Assembly (NCBI GenBank): GCA_048013815.1
Contig: CM106586.1
Span: forward strand, 6,138,001-6,202,000
Direction: 5' to 3'
DNA length: 64,000 nucleotides
Source: Setoptus koraiensis
Taxonomy: Eukaryota; Animalia; Arthropoda
The notes beneath the pieces are model-generated. The model saw only the letters and a program-made list of their open reading frames with translations. It had not been told where the DNA came from and searched no databases. The position numbers and the translations under genes are program-made. Below, piece after piece: positions 60,501 through 64,000 of the stretch. How positions within the stretch are numbered: the stretch's first letter is position 1; each line of letters starts with the position of its first letter.

Positions 60501-60623
60501 CCCATGGATAAACTGGTCAAGACCATTGTGGGCACACTGCCAAACAACAATTCGTTGTCGAAGGTGGATAGTCATCATCATCATCATCCTCACAAACAGC
60601 AACCAACCCCGATGCCCGACTAA
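57571..60623 (+). CDS. NRF-6-like membrane protein (NRF domain + acyltransferase-3), copy 2; exons 57571-59723 and 59861-60623 (about 971 aa)
   Basis: Signal peptide; DSFGRPEAASYVGNNHWYGSYDECL; IVGGH, VDTFYVMAG and LSRLTFCIYLIH. The intron (AT|gtaagt...tgcag|C GAG GCC AAA) lies at the same site as intron 2 of copy 1. Confidence 0.87.
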
Positions 60624-61368
60624 TTATCACTGATTGGTCGTTGTTGGAACTCACCGCAATGACCTATTATCATTACTACTATTATTATTAGTTGATATCA
60701 TGGTTGCCTGTTTATTTGTTTGCCTGTGTTTGTTTGTGGTGTCACTATCTAAAATCACCACACAACTTAGTGGATGAACATCAACATGACCCTAGCCGCC
60801 AACAAATGGTATAATTGATTGTAATTAGCAAAATTGACAAAATATTGTAAATATTGATTAAATCAAAATTATTAAATAACTGACTGCTTACTACTACTTT
60901 TAATTGACACCGCTAATTATTCAATGTCCAATTTGAGCTGATTGCACAAGTCATTGCGTAGTGATCCGCGTCAAAGAGTAACAATTCACATAGGAATGCC
61001 ACCAAATGAAATAAAACAAAATGAAATATTTTTGTATCAAACAACAAAGTCAAGGTCGATCTGACAATCGAGCCGCAATAAATGGGCTCAACTCTAACAT
61101 GACAGGCAGTTGACTTAGTTTCGCATGACTAACGACAATCCGATTACAAACCATATAGCTTGAACTAATTCACATAACCAACAATACGACAACTCGAGCC
61201 AGTGGTTGCGGTTGAAGTAAATATGAAACGAAAAAAAGAACCTCAGACAAAAAGTTCATGCACAATATCATCTCGCCATCCAGTCAACGTCGTCGTTAAA
61301 TATCAAATGACTTCAACAATTTTAAGCAATTAAATTAACTTGTTTATCAATAGAAATTATCGTACAAA

Positions 61369-63433
61369 ATGTTGTCCATGTTTTGGCGCATGTCGTCGTT
61401 TGAATCGCATCGCCTCCAGATCACTATTTATATGAATAAAGCGCGTACCGTATCGGCAATTTTCACTGCAATATTCATCTTGTCAATTATCTCAAATCAC
61501 CGCCATCATTTGCCATGCCTATCGGCAACTGTCGCCCCAGAAACAACAACCTCCACTTCAACTCAGAGTCCCTTGCCGCCCAAGGGGCCCGTTCTGACCT
61601 ATATGACTGCGGTGAGTTATCCGTCCTGTGTCGACAATATAATATCATTATTACAATTAATATGTATGATACATTGTATGTGTTATTGGCGCATTCATTT
61701 GCGAATGTTCGTGCCCCCAGATGGTAGAAAAGTCACTTTTTTTTATAACCATACAAACTATATTAATATAATATTCATTCGGCGCGTGTCGCCACCACCA
61801 ACAAACAAACAAAGGATTGGTATAGGCCCAGGTAGTGAGACTACAGGGTTTTGAGGCAGAAGAGCACAAAGTGATCAGTCCCGACGGTTACATAACCATT
61901 GCTACTCGCATCAAAAATCCGCTTGCTGATTACGGCCGCAAGAACACAGTTGTCATACATCACGGCTTTCTCCAGTCGGCCATAACACCTCAGATGTCGT
62001 TTGCGTTTTTGGCTAAGCCAAGAAAGCCAACAGTGCAAAGTAACAATTTTACAACATTTACATTGGATGACGATATCAATAATAACTACATAACATCATC
62101 GGCCAATCAAACTGATTATGAGCTAGAGAATAGTTGTCTGGCGTTGTTTTTAAGCAACAACAACTATGACGTTTGGCTTCTTGAGGCCCGTGGCTCAACA
62201 CCCCAAAGCTCTCATCATATGATCAAATCTATTGAATTGCAATGGGACAAATATTGGAATTTTCGTTTAGACGAACAAGCCCTGTATGATTTGCCAGCTC
62301 AGATACAATTCATATTAGATGTAACTGGCGAAGAGAAGCTTGCCTATGTTGGTTATAGCCAGTCGACATTGTTTATGTTTGCATTGTTAAGTGAGAGGCC
62401 AGAATTTAAGAATAAATTGAGCGTATTTGTTGCTGTGTCGCCTGTTGTTTATCTAGGTCAAGTGCGCGGTCTATTGAAATTGGTCAATCAAATGCCAGGA
62501 CTAACAAATCAATTGATAAGAGCACTCAATAATCCAAATATTGTTTCTCAGACACTATACGACGAGATAAACAGAATGCTCACAGAGATGTTGTGTAACT
62601 CTCCCCTTTTAAAAACGGCCCAACAATGGGCACTGGGCTCAGACGACCAGCTAAACGTGCTCGTAAGTAGACAGATGAAAAACAAAAACAGACACATCAA
62701 CTAATTATCACCATGATTCATTAATTAATTACGTTAAAATAATTGCTAAATCAATGCTCAGACTAATACTTATTGCAGTCGAATGGTGTCGCCAGTGAGC
62801 CTCAAATCGGTGGCTCAATTCATCCAATACATAAGAAAGCCTGTCTTCTGTCGTTACGACTACGGACCCATTCTCAATATTTATCACTATGGCCAGGTAA
62901 CTATGACCATCAACTATGTTTGCTTTAGAATCAAGAGCCGCTCAAAGAGTTTTGATCCTTGGTCCTAACGCAATTGTCAATTGAGTTAGAAATAATGATG
63001 ATTTGCTTGAACTAACAGCTATCTTGTTTTTATTGCCTCAATTCAACTATCAAACAACAGGTTCAACCACCTATTTATAATTTATCTAGGATACAATTCG
63101 ACAGAATAGCCTTCATCAGATCAATTCGTGACGACGTCGTATCGGTTGAGAGCGATCAAAAGCGACTCATCAAAGAGTTACAAGGTAAGTTGTATAATTT
63201 GATTGCATAATATCATTTCGCTTTCGCACATGCAAACTAATTAATATTTGTCTCAATAATTGACCAAATCAATCGCACTGTTTATCGCAATACTAGTACC
63301 ACTGTACAGAGATGTAAAGCTACCGAAAAACTATAACCACCAGAGCTATTGGATAGCAAAGAATTCATTTCAGACAGTGATCAGACCCATCTATGAGATT
63401 ATCACTCAGGCATTCCAAGATATCCGCCAATGA
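61369..63433 (+). CDS. Acid (lysosomal/gastric-type) lipase; exons 61369(or 61432)-61611, 61826-62662, 62762-62896, 63061-63184, 63297-63433
   Basis: Hydrophobic leader; EEHKVISPDGYI, HHGFL, YDVWLLEARG, WNFRLDEQALYDLPAQI and YVGYSQS (nucleophile Ser). RYDYG..N..HYGQ|VQPPIYNL; candidate catalytic Asp in RDDVVSVESD and His in YNHQSY. All junctions are GT-AG and in frame. Confidence 0.88.
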
Positions 63434-64000
63434 AGGCCAATGCGCCAAATCATGTATTACACATTATTATTAATTACTAACTATTACACATTATAACTAG
63501 TAAATGACGAATTAACTTAATTATAACAATCAATGAGCACACATTGTCCCATTTATTTGTTGTTTGTCTCTCTAAAAATGCGCTCGATTCAATTAATCCG
63601 ATTGGTTCCTAGAATTGTTTAGTTATACAAAGGCTAAGAGTAGAAATAATGTCATGACATAATAAAAGCGAAACAAAACAACGTATTATGGTTCGGATGC
63701 CAGTCGACCGAATCAAAACAAACACTTGCCAAGTGAAATAATTTGACAAAATGAAGTTCGGTATTCGTTCTGATGCGACTCATCTGCATGAAAATAACAC
63801 ACTTCGGGTGGGCTAAATAGTTGAATAAGAAATCAATATTTGAATATTGCTGTTGTTGATATGATTAGTGTTCATAATGAGCTCGAAAGGTGAAAACTTT
63901 TGCCTTGCCATAATCATATTGCTGGGCACACTCACGCTTGTGAGTTCATATTGTCCAATCGGAAAAATATTTTCGCATTTGTCTAATGTCAAAAATAACT

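Noticed and set aside
62763-62778. ttgcag acceptor at 62778 for lipase exon 3
   Set aside because: It is out of phase with the 62663 donor. The ctcag acceptor at 62761 keeps the frame and restores the expected spacing.

Overview
Eukaryotic genomic DNA: GT-AG spliced genes, CAA/CAG-rich low-complexity proteins, and animal/arthropod-type genes. The mix of intron-poor, tightly packed housekeeping genes and Q/N-rich proteins suggests a small-genome arthropod such as a mite; that taxonomic call is inference only. In order the window holds: Pox neuro (minus, true start in a 13-nt coding exon); an orphan coiled-coil ORF; NOL6/Utp22; OXSM; ADO (33 nt from OXSM); RPL26; a 9-exon calbindin-32/Cbp53E-type hexa-EF-hand gene spanning 29.5 kb with a 16-nt microexon and a 22.4-kb first coding intron; a one-C2 MCTP; TIMM10; RPL36; two tandem, divergent NRF-6-like acyltransferase-3 genes; and a 5-exon acid lipase. 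The most striking unexplained structure is in the calbindin introns and nearby non-coding DNA: a series of perfect hairpins and palindromes (up to 22-bp stems), recurrent GGGCCC- and CGACTCG-centred motifs, a possible nested EAxK-repeat micro-ORF, and a probable decayed RTE-type retroelement endonuclease. I found no rRNA, tRNA, CRISPR or prokaryotic system. All gene models were assembled by eye from splice signals, frame continuity and remembered family motifs, not from database searches.
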